From assembly GCA_964035545.1 (NCBI GenBank), contig OZ037769.1, positions 14,476,633 to 14,540,632 of the forward strand: a stretch of DNA of 64,000 nt, given 5' to 3'. This stretch comes from Bugula neritina (taxonomy: Eukaryota; Animalia; Bryozoa). Under the pieces are notes generated by a model that was not told the origin of the DNA, did no database searches, and was given only the letters and a program-made list of their open reading frames with translations. This document shows positions 40,951-55,000 of this stretch, piece by piece; within the stretch, counting starts at the first letter, position 1; each line of letters starts with the position of its first letter. The position numbers were made by a program, and so were the translations under genes.

Positions 40951-42165
40951 ATGGAGCCTGTGACAGTTAATCAGACCCAGCTCGCTACGATATCAGGTAT
41001 TTCTAGCTTACTAGAACCTCCATTCACGGAGTGTAGTAGCTCTCTAGACTCATTTTCACCCGACTATCAGTGGGAAAATGAGCTGTTCTTTGATCACAAA
41101 GGTCAGGACGATGTAGAAGAGTCCCCAGTCCACGACTACCTGCTAGACCAGGAGGTTGGACGGGTGTCTCTTCGGCTATCACCTGACCTACCCATGTGTC
41201 AAAGAGTGCCTTACAAGGAGATGCCGAAATTCGGCACTCCTACGGCCAGGTCACCAAGCTCTCTGTTTTCTATTGCAGAAGCCATGGAATGTGAGGAGGT
41301 CGGGTCGAGTCGTATCGACTCCCCGGCCACCACAGTTCCCGACCCGGCTGTTACCAGCCCGCCTGAGGTTCCAGCACCAGAGCCTACGCTCACCACCCAG
41401 CCGGAAGCAGGTACCCCCCCTCCAGCCGACGGTTCCCCGTCCGGTGAGGGCCCTCAGTTGAAGGACGAGCCTCCTTACCAACAGCTAGCTCTCCCCCACA
41501 TCTTGACAGAGCGCCTCCACTGGACCACGGCAGAGACCCGTGCTAGGATAGAGCAGGACTGCGGAGAGGCCGGCAACCGCAAGTGCCGCCAGTGTAGTAA
41601 GAGATTTACTACTACCAGGCGACTGCGGGTGCACGTGCCCCAACATTATGCCAACGTCTTCTGCCCGTGTGGCGAATTCTCTTTTCAGAGAGATTATGTG
41701 CTGAGGCACCAGCGCATAGCCCGCTGCCACACGGGTCAGGTGTTTGTTGTCGACGAGGCGACATTTCCCGAATTTTGAGACTTGATTCTCCCTCACATCG
41801 GCGACCCCCATAAACGGGCAACACTCGCCCAGGGATTTCCGGCATGCCGCCCAACGCAGGATGCTACCGACGACGAGGCACCACCCGCGGCCCAGCCAGC
41901 TGTCACCCGACCTCTCCGGGTTGTGTTGGCTAGGGTCGACGGGAATGGAGAGAGAACCCAGCAGATAGCCGGCCACAAGAGGCGGAGGCGCCAGGACCCT
42001 AGGACCCAGGGTTCCACCCCTACCCCAGCAGTGCCAGCACGATGCCCCCATGAGACAGAGGTTCTCCGGCTGCGCCGGCAGGTACGCCGGCTGGAAGACG
42101 ACCTCCACGCTGTTCGCCGCCGCCTGGACAGGCTCGAGGGCCGCAGAGGTGACCGTCGCAACTGA
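40951..42165 (+). CDS. Accessory ORF3: acidic/Pro-rich region, two C2H2-type zinc fingers, basic patch, coiled coil (one internal TGA at 41776-41778)
   Basis: CRQC-x12-HVPQH and CPC-x12-HQRIARCH at 41584-41730; ORF 41782-42165 continues in the same frame; EVLRLRRQVRRLEDDLHAVRRRLDRLE. Confidence 0.72.
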
Positions 42166-42333
42166 AGGCTACTCTACCCTTACTCATGACAATCAGCCTG
42201 CTCAAACCTGTACTACATTTATATTTTCTTATTTCTCTTTGTAAACTTGTGCACCCCTAGATATTGTTTTATATGTATTGTATATTTGTTTTTTTTTTGT
42301 ATCGGAAAGAGATGCTTTCCAATAGGGGGTGTG

Positions 42334-42746
42334 TGTTGTAGATTCGCACAAATATACCATGTCCTTGTTTTATTTAGAGTTATATTCCCTTGCACACGTC
42401 TCTTTTTTTTGTTATTATTATTATATGTAAACCGAGACTCGTGCGAAGTCGGAGCCCGAAGACGCGATATCGGAGGGGCCTGCCCGAGATCGGGCAGGTC
42501 TTCCTCCGATGTCGGTCGGCGGAACTCCGACGTTCGCACGAGTTTCGGTCCCTCATTAAGTGGCGGGAATTTCCCCCTATATAAGTACGAAGTTTTTCCA
42601 AAGCAATTCATTCTTGTACTGGAGCTCGAAACAGTCAGAAGTAATAAATACTCATATATTCATTTTGAATCAAGACTCTTTATTTCTATCACAATAACTG
42701 GCATGCAGACTACTAGTCTATTCTTATAATCCACAAAATCACAACA
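42334..42746 (+). repeat. 3' LTR of Gypsy B
   Basis: Direct repeat; followed by the ATAT TSD. Confidence 0.96.
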
Positions 42747-43396
42747 ATATCAATTACTTTTACACTATGAGCAAAAAATATAATCAAAAGTTGAAATTTT
42801 GGCCTATATAAGATGCAAAAAGCATGTGTGAATTGGTCATTAGTGGGTCAAGGTCAAATAGTGAGGCTGCTGAAGATGTCTCTTCTTACTCTATATTAAA
42901 AAAATAGCTTGCAAAACTTGTAGCATGCAGTTTCCTTCCAACAAATAGCGAGAGTACTTTAGAAATGCTCATGTTGAATAATGCCATTGTTGCAAGCATT
43001 AAGGCCCAATGTGGCGCATATGCTACATTTTGTAAAATCAAAACAAACAAACATATCAACAAAACACAACTTGATTTTAGTTTATAAAGTCCCTAGTGAA
43101 AGGTGAAACCCAGAATAAATTTTTTGCTAATGCCTTTTTTGGCCTGGGCCTAACAGGGTTAGGCTGATTAATTATGACATTCCATAGTAGCAATACACAG
43201 CCAATCTAAACTTTAAAACAAAACTACTCAACCATACATAACGATCTAATGAGCATAGCTTGCACTACGTGAAACAAATTTGTAGCTGATAAACTGAATA
43301 AATAAGTTTATTATATCCGAAATAGTATCAATACTAAATATATATACTCTATTTTTCAAAATATTGAGTTCTTCTAATTCATTTTTTAAACATAGA

Positions 43397-45210
<1,814 letters not shown>

Positions 45211-45399
45211 CGAAACAAGATAAAAGTAGAAAAGAATGTAAATTAGTCAATAAAATAAATGGGTCATTTTGCTTAATTTAGTACACACTGGAAATCTCCA
45301 ATTTCTAGTTATCTTTTACAATTTAGCGCTGCTAATGAACATGGGTTTTTGCCCGAAACTAGTAAAATATGAATGAACGCACCTAAATATTTAAGGTTC

Positions 45400-45800
45400 T
45401 CTTTAATTTTGCTTGATTTCCCATGTTTTCTTCTTATTATTCAACTACTTTTGATTTCGGAGAGTTATGGTTTTTTCATAACACTCTGCAATCAAAAGTT
45501 AGGGTAGCCATTTTTATGTTAAAAGCATTTCGCATATACTTTAGTTCTTTGGTCTTTAAGTGCTGGAGTAGAACAGATTTTATTAGCCCTTAATACTAGC
45601 GATTTTAGTGTCCTTTGCTTTCACGTTTTAAGTGAGAAAGAGTTCCAATGCCAATATGTATCATTATGTGTTGGCTTACGAAATACTGTAGTTTCCACTG
45701 AGCTATTGTGTCGCAAAACTGTAACATCCAGAAAAGAAAGTGATTTATTGGTTTCTTGTTTGTGTGTAAATTTTATGTTAGGATGAAAATTATTAAGTGT
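45400..45800 (-). mobile_element. Penelope-type RT fragment
   Basis: LNNFHPNIKFT..LSFLDV..TTVFRKPTHNDTYWHWNS. Confidence 0.8.
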
Positions 45801-45876
45801 GTCGGGTAAGATACATAGATGATACATTTGCAACAATAGACCCTGATTATATTAACACAACAATCAACACACAAGT

Positions 45877-48800
45877 TTAATAATTTTCATGAGGAGGGTT
45901 GAAATTCGTTGTAATGTTCATAGATTTAAGTTTGCTGTCAGTCACATAAGTTGTTAGAAGACTCGCAGCACCAATGAAATTGGTACCTTGGTCCGATTGA
46001 ATCGTCTGAATTGGACCTCCAATGGCTACCACAGTCCTGACAGCATTTATGATGCTGTCAGTAGTCATGTCCTCTAAAAGTTCAATATGAACAGCTCGTG
46101 AGGCCATGCATGTGACTATCAAGTCATATCGTTTTGATTCTTTTCTACCATCTTTGTCAATAAAAGGGCCAAAACAATCTAATCCACAGTGGGTAAAAAG
46201 AGGGGCTTCATTGACTCTCGCTGATAGTAATTTTGCCATTTGTGGTGTCAATGTTTGAGCTTTGATTCTTTTACATGTTACACAAAAGCATAACTTTGAT
46301 GAAATTGTGGATTTACCACCGATGATCCAAAATCTCTGTAATATTATTTTAGCCAGAATATACTGTAAGCCAAGGTGTCCCAGTTTTGCATGAGCGTCAT
46401 TTCTGATAAGCGTAGTGAGATGACTGTGCGTAAGTCAGAGTAACGGATGTTTTTCTTCAAATAATAGCAATTTACTGTTTTGTAGCCTTCCTTCCACCCT
46501 GAGCAGACCCACCTTATCTAGAAATGGGCATAGTTTTGCAATGGAGTTATGCTTGGATGTAGTCTGAGTTTGTTGGAGTTGCTTGATTTCTGGAATGAAG
46601 ATTTTTGATTGAACTGACTTGACTAGAGAGTGTAACGTTTGTTGGCGTTTCTCTTGCTGAGTGAGAGAGGTTTTGCATAGTGCTGCTTGGATTCTAGCAA
46701 TAACTTTAAGAGTGTAATATAGGTCAGAGAAAATTGTTAGACACCGACTAAGAGGGACAAAGGTGTGTTGAGTGGCTAATGAAACTTTCACTTCTTGGTC
46801 GTCATGTGAGTTGGTGAACTTTTTCTGATGAAGGAGTATGATAGGTTCATTCCACAAGAAGTCTGGTCCTGTGAACCAAATGCACTCAGGAGAGAAAAGT
46901 TGCTTTGGTGATAACCCACGCGATGCATGATCTGCAGGGTTGAGCTTAGTTGGGACATAAAAGCAGTTGTCAGCATTGAAGCTATAACAGATTTGCTGAA
47001 CTCGATTTGCAACAAATGTGTGATATCTAGCCTGTGTATTCTTTATATAACCAAGAACGACTTATGAGTCAGTATAAAAATACTGAGCTACATGATCTAT
47101 ACCTAGCTCTTCTGCTGCCTTGAGGCTTAGATTTGCAGCCCACGTGCTGTTTGGAGCTCCAATCTGGGAACAGAAATAGCTTTGAGCGTAATGACATGAC
47201 CTTTGCTACAGATTAAAGCAATATGCACACGTTTGGCTGAGTTTACAATTGCAAGTAGGAGCAATGACCGTAGGCCATTGTACTGGCATTGCTAAAGGTA
47301 TGTAGCTCAACTTCAGCAGGTGTTCCAAATAATGATGGTACAAAGCTTTTAGAAATTGATAGGTGTTTAGGATCTTTGAGGCTTTGTTCTCATGACAACC
47401 AGTTTGCCAGCATGCTTTCATCTAAAGGATCATCCCAGTCCATTTTTTTGCAAAGATCTTTGAAAAAAATTTTACCTTGCAGTATAACCGGTGATGTGAG
47501 GCCAAGTAAATCAAAGACTGTGGTAACATTTGAGAGCACGCCTCGTTTAGTGTTGCGTTTATCAACAAGATTCACCTGGAACTAGAAGGAATTTTGCTCA
47601 GAATTTTACATCAATCCCAAAGTTCTTTCAATTGGAAGACGGTCAGAGTTTAGGTCAAGATCATGCAGGGTTGCAGATTGTTCAGATTTGGGGAATGAAT
47701 TTAATATTTCTTTTTTGCTAGAAAGAATCTTCTGCTGGTGTACTTTACCTTGTTGGCAAATTCCCCTTGTCTCGGTAAGTACTTTGGTTGCAGATGTTGC
47801 ATCAGGCATACTGCATGAGCAAGTCATCATCTGCATAGAACTGATTTCTAATAAATTTTCGGGGCTTGTTGACTTGATGGATCATTTGTGCTGTACTGGT
47901 CAGCCAGATAACGTAGATCATATGTTACACATGCAAGAGGCGAGGTCGCTTCAAACACATGCACTTTCATACGGAATACTGTTATTTCACTCAGTTCGTC
48001 TAGTCAGAAAAATCGGAGATAATCTGTATCTTCCTCTGCAACACGAAATTGGTGAAACATTTGCTCAATATCACATGTAACAGCAATCTGTTCTTGATGG
48101 AAGCAAAGAAGAATACCAGTGAGACTGTTTAGATGATCTGGACCTGTCATGAGATAGTCGTTTATGCTTTTTTCATCTGACTTTGCAGCACTATCAAAAA
48201 CTACTCTAATCTTGCCTGGCTTCTTTGGATGCCATACCTCGAAATGTGGTATGTACCATGTGCTGTCCCCATGGCTTGCTATGTCTTGTGGAACTATTTC
48301 AGCCTCACCCTTGCTAATGAGGTTTTCCATGAACTCTTTGTACTGGTTTTCCAAGTTTTGGTTCATAGATAACTTTTTCAGTAGTGAGTTGAACCGGTTT
48401 TTGATGTTTTAAAACTGTTATTTTGTGGTAGTTTGTGTTTGAAAGGTAAAGGCATAGCCTAGGGCCACACTGTGCGTATTTTCGCATGCGAAAATTGAAA
48501 TCACAAGTAGCAAAGGTGTCCACTGTGCGCGTTGAGAAAACATTCGCACTTGTCGCTCAGCATTTTCAACGCAAGTGCGAATCGTCTCTGTCATCGTCAC
48601 CTAATTGGCTGATAGTTATTCAGCGAGCCCAATTTCTTCATTTTAGTGCTACATTCCAGTAAATTGCATTTTATTGAAAGCGAGCGCGATTTAAAAATGA
48701 AAGCTTTATTTATCACGCATCACTGACGCTACAGTGGACACCTTTGCTACTTGCGATTTCAATTTTCGCATGCGAAAATATGCACCGTGTGGCCCTAGGC

Positions 48801-49530
48801 TTAGTGACATGACCATAAATTATTTTTGTTTCTTGTTTCATGAGAGACAACAATGCTCTGTCTTCTACGGAAGCTGCTTGTTTGTCTGTTACACATTCCT
48901 TGAAATCTTGAGCCAATAAATTTACTGTTTTGTTTATTTGTTTTGATGTTTCAGTTTGGCACTTGAAAGATACCGATGTTTTAGCTTTGTTGGGTGAATG
49001 AGTTACGGTTTTATTTACTATTGTTGTTTAATTGCTTAAATTGTCATCATCATGTGTGTTATTTGTATCTAGACTACCCATGATAACCCACTCTAGGTCA
49101 GTACGCCAAATGGTTCATCGTCTGCGTCGTTTCCCACTAGTACCTCTCTAGGTTTGAAGGCTAATGGGCAATTGCTTCTAGTGAGTAGCCCTATTGAACT
49201 GCTTTGTCCCTTGGCCATGTGTTTCGCTAGGTCTTGTAAATGTGGCCAGGCGATAAAAGCACCTATACCTGCGCAATAGACTCATACTTGGCAGATATTT
49301 GCTCTGCAGAATACACATTAGGAAGCTTCACCTCCTTATTACAGCTATATCCTTTGGTGATTAGATCATCGGTTACCATTGTGTCTAACTCAAAGCTTTG
49401 GTGGTTCATTGTTGCCATTGGCAGTTTTGTTGGTTTTTTGATGCATGTGAGTTGTTGGTTATGTAACATGAGTCACTGCCTGAGTCAAAATTGGCAGATG
49501 TTATTAGTCTTGTGTGTGGATTTTTGACAG
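45877..49530 (-). mobile_element. Degenerate BEL/Pao LTR retrotransposon pol
   Basis: WYIPHF..KPGKIRVVFDSAA, TGPD.LNSL, CDIEQMFHQ, TKRGVLS..FD.LG, WDDPL, FTHCGLDCFGPF, RAVHIE, SDQGTNF. Confidence 0.9.
48457..48800. mobile_element. Harbinger-like MITE (344 bp) in BEL pol
   Basis: ~70-bp TIR GCCTAGGGCCACAC...; ATA/TTA flanks; removal restores GHVTMPLPF. Confidence 0.85.
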
Positions 49531-49818
49531 AAGAAACCCAAACAGGAAGAGTCATAGACATGAGTGTTTGTGATGCATTTATAGAAATATTATTGTATAC
49601 TGTGCAAACTGATGGTGTAAAAGCTGTTTATATAGCTTAGTCATAGTGAATCATACACATGAGGAAATCATGTTGACTTTTGTGAAAATTTGTCATAGCC
49701 ATAGAAGAAAACAGCTACATATACATGACTTATGTGATGTTTTTCTAATCATAGGCAAGTAGGTAAAATTTTTTTGTTTTGATGAGAGCAAGAAATTTTA
49801 CTGCATTCTCAATTGATT

Positions 49819-49829
49819 ACACACACACA

Positions 49830-49893
<64 letters not shown>

Positions 49894-49962
49894 CACACAC
49901 GTGTGTGTGTGTGTGTGTTTGTGTGTTTGTTTGTGTGTTTGTTTGTGTGTTTGTTTGTGTGT
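49819..49962. repeat. (CA)n/(CGCA)n/(GT)n compound microsatellite
   Basis: Direct inspection. Confidence 0.95.
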
Positions 49963-51212
49963 GCGAAACTCATAACTATTCAAAGTTATTAAAGAATTTT
50001 GTAGTATCAAGTATTTCGTTAAGATGAACAAATATGATAATTCAGAAACTTTTAGGTAACTATGTTGACATTGTTTTCAATTATTACTAGCATTTAAGTT
50101 ATTTGAAAAATTTTCTCACAAAATGAAAATACCCCTATTTACTATATTTGAAGCCAATGTTTGGCCTTAAATATATCTGCAAGATATCTTGCAGGCATTT
50201 GAATTAAGTTTTGTAAACTTTCTGCAATAAGTATGTCTCTTTGCACGTAAGTAAATTTATGTTATGTTATATGTGTCAACTTTGTAGAAAAAGTCTTAAG
50301 TTGTATTTATACTTTCATGAGTTGCAATCAGAAATTTAATTTGGCCAAGTTGAAAGTTTACTAAGTGGCATTGCATTGTGATAACTTAATCAGTTGAATT
50401 CAGAATAACAAATCATAGGGAATGATAACCCCTTGTAGATAATCGCATTCTTGTTTCTATTGTCTTGGCTGCCTTTCTCAATTATCATCGTTATGCCGTG
50501 AACTAAACTAATTCTGTAAGGGATTTTAGTTATGTTATTATCAAAAGGATAACTCGTGGCTTACTCTCTATACGCTTGGCATAATGGCTACAGGGCAGAG
50601 CATCAATTATCATAATGGCTGGACAATTATTGCTAGCTACTAATGCACGCAGTTAAACAAGGCAAGACTAGTTAAATAGAATCAACAAGCGTACACAGAA
50701 TAGCCAATTAGCTCAACAGGAGGCGTAGATGATTTGCACTGGCAGTTAGCTGCTTAGTAGCAGATGCTAGTGTTATGCTTATGGTTATGGAGTTAATTAG
50801 TATCGACAGAGACGACTCGGCGTCGACTTTATCCGACAATATCTTACAGTCGACAGTGGCACCACTAACGCTAGCCAATCAGGACTGACATACTAATTGA
50901 TAGCAGGTGGAGCTAGCTACTCGTAGTGGAAGCGCGATGAGTAGCTAGCCAGGCAGAGCAGCTTGGGACTTCATTTAGAGTAGTTGTGTATAAAGCTCAC
51001 TAACTATGTAGGCCTAATCGTTTCTATTCATGTTAGCAGTAAATAAAACTTCTTGTATCTTGTGAATAATAAACTTATCTTAGCGTAAACAACCTGGTGT
51101 AGTGGCTTTGTTTAAGTTGACCTCCACATAATATAGTGAATTGCGAAATTCACTACAGTGGTGGCAGCAGTGGGATCCCACTTAATACAAATGCTCCTAG
51201 CCAGGGAGTAAG

Positions 51213-52085
51213 ATGGCCGACGAGAACGACGCGCCCAGACAGGGACCGGCAGCAGTAGAGGAGGATCACATAGGCGGCCCAGCGCTGCCTATGGACAGGT
51301 ACCACTTGCGGGCTCCCATCTTCTCAGGGGAAGAAGATGTGGAGCAATTCATCACTGAGTTTAGTGATGTGGCGGACATCTGCGGATGGCCGAATAGGGT
51401 TACTCTGATCCAGCTGCGGTTATGTCTGACAGGGCCGGCTAAACCCTATGGGATAAGCTAGAATGTCGGTGACATATTTGAAGCACTATGAGCTCGGTTT
51501 GGATTAACAGCTCGAGATGCTCACGTGCAACTGCAGAGTCTTAGGAGAAATCCTAAGACCAACCTGCGAGAGCATGCTACCGCAGTCGAACAACTGGCGC
51601 AAGTCGCCTACAGCGACTTGCCTGCCGATAGTCGACAGAGCCTAGCACTGGATGCATTCCTCCAGTCTATTAACAACCTCGGTCTGAAACAGCATCTGCT
51701 GGTGGCCGAAGTTGAGACTATGGAGAGAGCTCTAAGGCTTGGGAATGCCTATTTCCAAGCTGAGAGTGCGAGTCGACCTGGTGCGACGATACAGCAGGTC
51801 GGAGCAGACGACGACGTGTTGACGTCGCCGGCGAAGACAGCTGTACATGTCGCCTCGGCAGCAGCAGACGAATCGACTAGCTTGACCACAAGCTTGATTC
51901 GAGAACTGCTGGCCGAGATCAGGCAACTACGCCACCAGTCGACAGCCGAGCGACCCAGGAGGTCGTCGGTAGCTGTCGACGACAGGCGCCGCCCGTATGC
52001 TGGGGCTGTGGTAGTGGTGGGCACTTCATACGAAGTTGCCCCCGCGGTAATGGGAGACAGTTAAACAGCAACGGCCCACGGTAAC
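51213..52085 (+). pseudogene. gag: gag of Gypsy C (stops and frameshift)
   Basis: RYHLRAPIFSGEEDVEQF; split into ORFs 51213-51461 and 51525-52064. Confidence 0.88.
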
Positions 52086-55000
52086 TTCCGCCGACCGTGG
52101 GCCCCAGTTTCGCCCCCCAAGGCAGAGGCCAAGGCCCAAACCCCACCGGGTGAAAAGGCCGCTTTCGCCAGAGTGGCAAGCCCCAAGGAGAGTTAGCAGG
52201 CCGCAAGGCTCACCAAAACCTCCGGCTTGGGCACTCAAAAACCGCTTTGAAGGTTTGCTTGATGAGGGAGTGAACGACGAGTGGGAGCAAAACAGGGATT
52301 TTCCTCGGTTGCCCACACGAGCATCAGTCCGAGAATTCACTCGGCCGCCCGTGTGTCAGCGAGACCGGGACGTAACCTGCCTGCCCACGCAACGTCGACG
52401 ACCCCCTCGCAACCGAAAAGCACAGGTGCATCCCCAACTCCATGCACATGAGGTGTCGCTTCAAGAGACGAACCGCTCAGTGAGCGCTCAGCCATATGGA
52501 AGCAGCTATTTCCTCCCCGGCAAACTTGCTGGCAAAGCTGTCACATTCCTATTGGATACTGGGTGCACCACAAATCTACTGAGTCGACGTCTATTTGACA
52601 CTCTCAGTGCCAGGGACAGGGCTAGCCTAGAGTCATATGAAGGGGAACACGGCACGTTGGCGGACGGGTCGTGTATTCCTTTCTATGGGGTAATCCAGTT
52701 GACTGGTAGAGTCCGTGATCAGACGATCAGTGAGACCTTCATCGTCAGTCAACTCAAGGAGGACGCCATCTTGGGCATGCCATTTCTGAAGCGACACAGG
52801 TGCTACATCGACTTTAGCAAGTCGGCGGTATTGATGGCCGGGCGTGAGCTGGCCTGTGTCGACCGATTTGGCCGACCCTTAGTGGGGGGAGTGCAGGTGG
52901 TACAGCGTTGCACTGTACCTAGGCGCTCCCGGGCTACAGTTCGCTGCAGAGTGAACTGTAGGGAAATCTCCGAGTTAGGAGTGGTGGAAGGTGCACTGGG
53001 GGGCGTCCAGCTCGCTAACAGTCTGAATAGGCTGGATGAGTGGGGGGAGTTCCTAGTCCAGTGCGTAAACCCTTTCACGGAGCCGGTAGAATTGCCGGCT
53101 GGGTCTCTAGTGGGGAAGTTTCACTCCGTACAGGAGGAGGATGTAGAGCCCGCGCTGGAGACGGCGGACGAAGCCCGTGGGGTACCCACTAGAGACGGCA
53201 GGGGGCCGGTGCCTGAACACGTAGCGGAGTTGTACGAGGATGCCTGTGATGGCTGTGAGAGCAAGCGGGAACGCCTGGTGATGGCGCGGCTACTCTCTGA
53301 GTACAAGGACGTGTTTAGTTGCGGCGACCATGACATGGGTCTGACTAAGACTGTCTGTCATGAGATACCCCTGGCGGCGGGGACGGCGCCCATTCGGCAG
53401 CCGACCCGCCGGTTAGGTCCTGAGAAGGAGAGAGAAGTGAGCCGTCAGGTGCAAGACCTTCTGAACCGGGACCTGATTGAGCCAGGCCATGGGGCCTGGA
53501 GTTCTCCAGTCGTCCTGGTTCGGAAAAAGGATGGTAGCTGGAGGTTTTGCGTTGACTATCGCAGGCTGAACAGCGTGACCATCCAGGACGCTTACCCTCT
53601 CCCTAGGATCGATGAGTCGCTCGATGCCTTAGCTGGTAGCAAGTTTTTCAGCACGTTGGACTTGCTAAGCGGGTATTGGCAGGTGCCCCTGAGTCCTGAA
53701 GCACAGGACAAGGCTGCGTTTATAAAGCGGGATGTGCTCTGGAAATGGAAGGTGTTGCTATTCGGACTTACGTCCGCACTGGCCACCTTCCAGCGACTCA
53801 TGGAGCAGGTCCTGAGTGGGCTGCACTGGAAGACCTTGCTCATCTATCTCGATGATGTCATTGTCATCGCCTCCGACTTCGACACACATGTCAGTCGACT
53901 CAGGGAGGTGTTTGACAGGCTTCGAGCTGCGGGTTTGAAGCTCAAGCCCTCTGAGTGTGCATTATTGCAACGCGAGGTTAAGTACCTGCGCCATGTAGTT
54001 GGTCGAGACGGGGTCGCCACCGACCCCGAGAAGGTACGGGCTGTGAGGGACTGGGCTGTCCCTGTCGATCTCCCTGAATTGCGGGCATTCCTGGGACTGG
54101 TAGGGTACTATCGTCAGTACATACCAGACTTCGCCGGAATTGCACAGCCGTTAAATCGGCTGACAGCGAAAGGGGTGCGATGGCAGTGGACGCAGGCCGA
54201 GCAGAAGGTATTTGACCACCTGAAGGATCGCCTGGTGGAAACACCCAACTTGGCGTATCCTGACCCTGCGAAGGAGTACATTTTAGATACTGATGCCAGT
54301 AATCATAATGTGGGGGCTGTGCTATCGCAGGTCCAAGATGGTCGCGAGGTGGTGATGGCTTACTATAGCAAGGCCCTGCCGGCACCTGAGAAGAACTACT
54401 GTTCGACCAGGAGGGAACTCTTGGCAGTAGTCAAGGCGGTCAAACACTTTAGACCATATCTATATGGGCGCACATTCCGTCTGCGGACGGATCATGCGTC
54501 TTTGATATAGCTGTGTCGACGGGCGGAACCATCAAGCCAAGTAGTGCGCTGGCTAGAGATCCTGGCAGAGTTTTCTTATCGGATCGAACATCGACCCGGT
54601 AAGAAACACGGTAATGCCGATGGACTCAGCCGCCGCCAGGCAGATGGGTGTAAGCAGTGCCAGAATATTGAGCGCAGGGACGGTGGACCCCCTCGCTTGG
54701 ACGTTGAAGCGCAGTTGGGGAAAGCGGGTGTATACAGCTGGGAAGAAGGGCAACTCCTGTCCGAATCTCCTAACGAAGCTGTTAACAACCTTCACGCAAA
54801 CCCCACGTTGCTCAGGAACGTCAGGGAGCTATGTCGGCTCCAGACTACGCTATTAGGGGTGGTAGCTGACCTAGTCCGGGCCAAGAAGGAGGAACGGCAA
54901 CCGAGTGAGGCCGAACAGCGAGTGAAAAGTGCAGAGTTTAAGTACTTCTGTGACCGCTGGGACTCCCTCAGGTTCAACAGCGATGGGCTGCTAACGATTA

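Larger units (their letters stand above)
36379..42746 (+). mobile_element. Ty3/Gypsy LTR retrotransposon B (recent, internally deleted, extra ORF)
   Basis: Two 413-bp LTRs differing at about 3 sites, TSD ATAT, PBS 36793-36810, PPT before 42334. Confidence 0.97.
34747..43158. mobile_element. piggyBac-like non-autonomous element
   Basis: TIR CCCTGTTAGGCCCA / TGGGCCTAACAGGG; 4-bp TSD TTAG on both sides; subterminal repeats near 35110 and 43005. Confidence 0.8.

Noticed and set aside
40951-42165. env gene in Gypsy B
   Set aside because: No signal peptide or transmembrane segment; has zinc fingers and a basic patch instead
45325-45370. Hammerhead at ctaatga...gcccgaaactagt
   Set aside because: Core mutated (CTAATGA) and stem I not evident; not called as a feature
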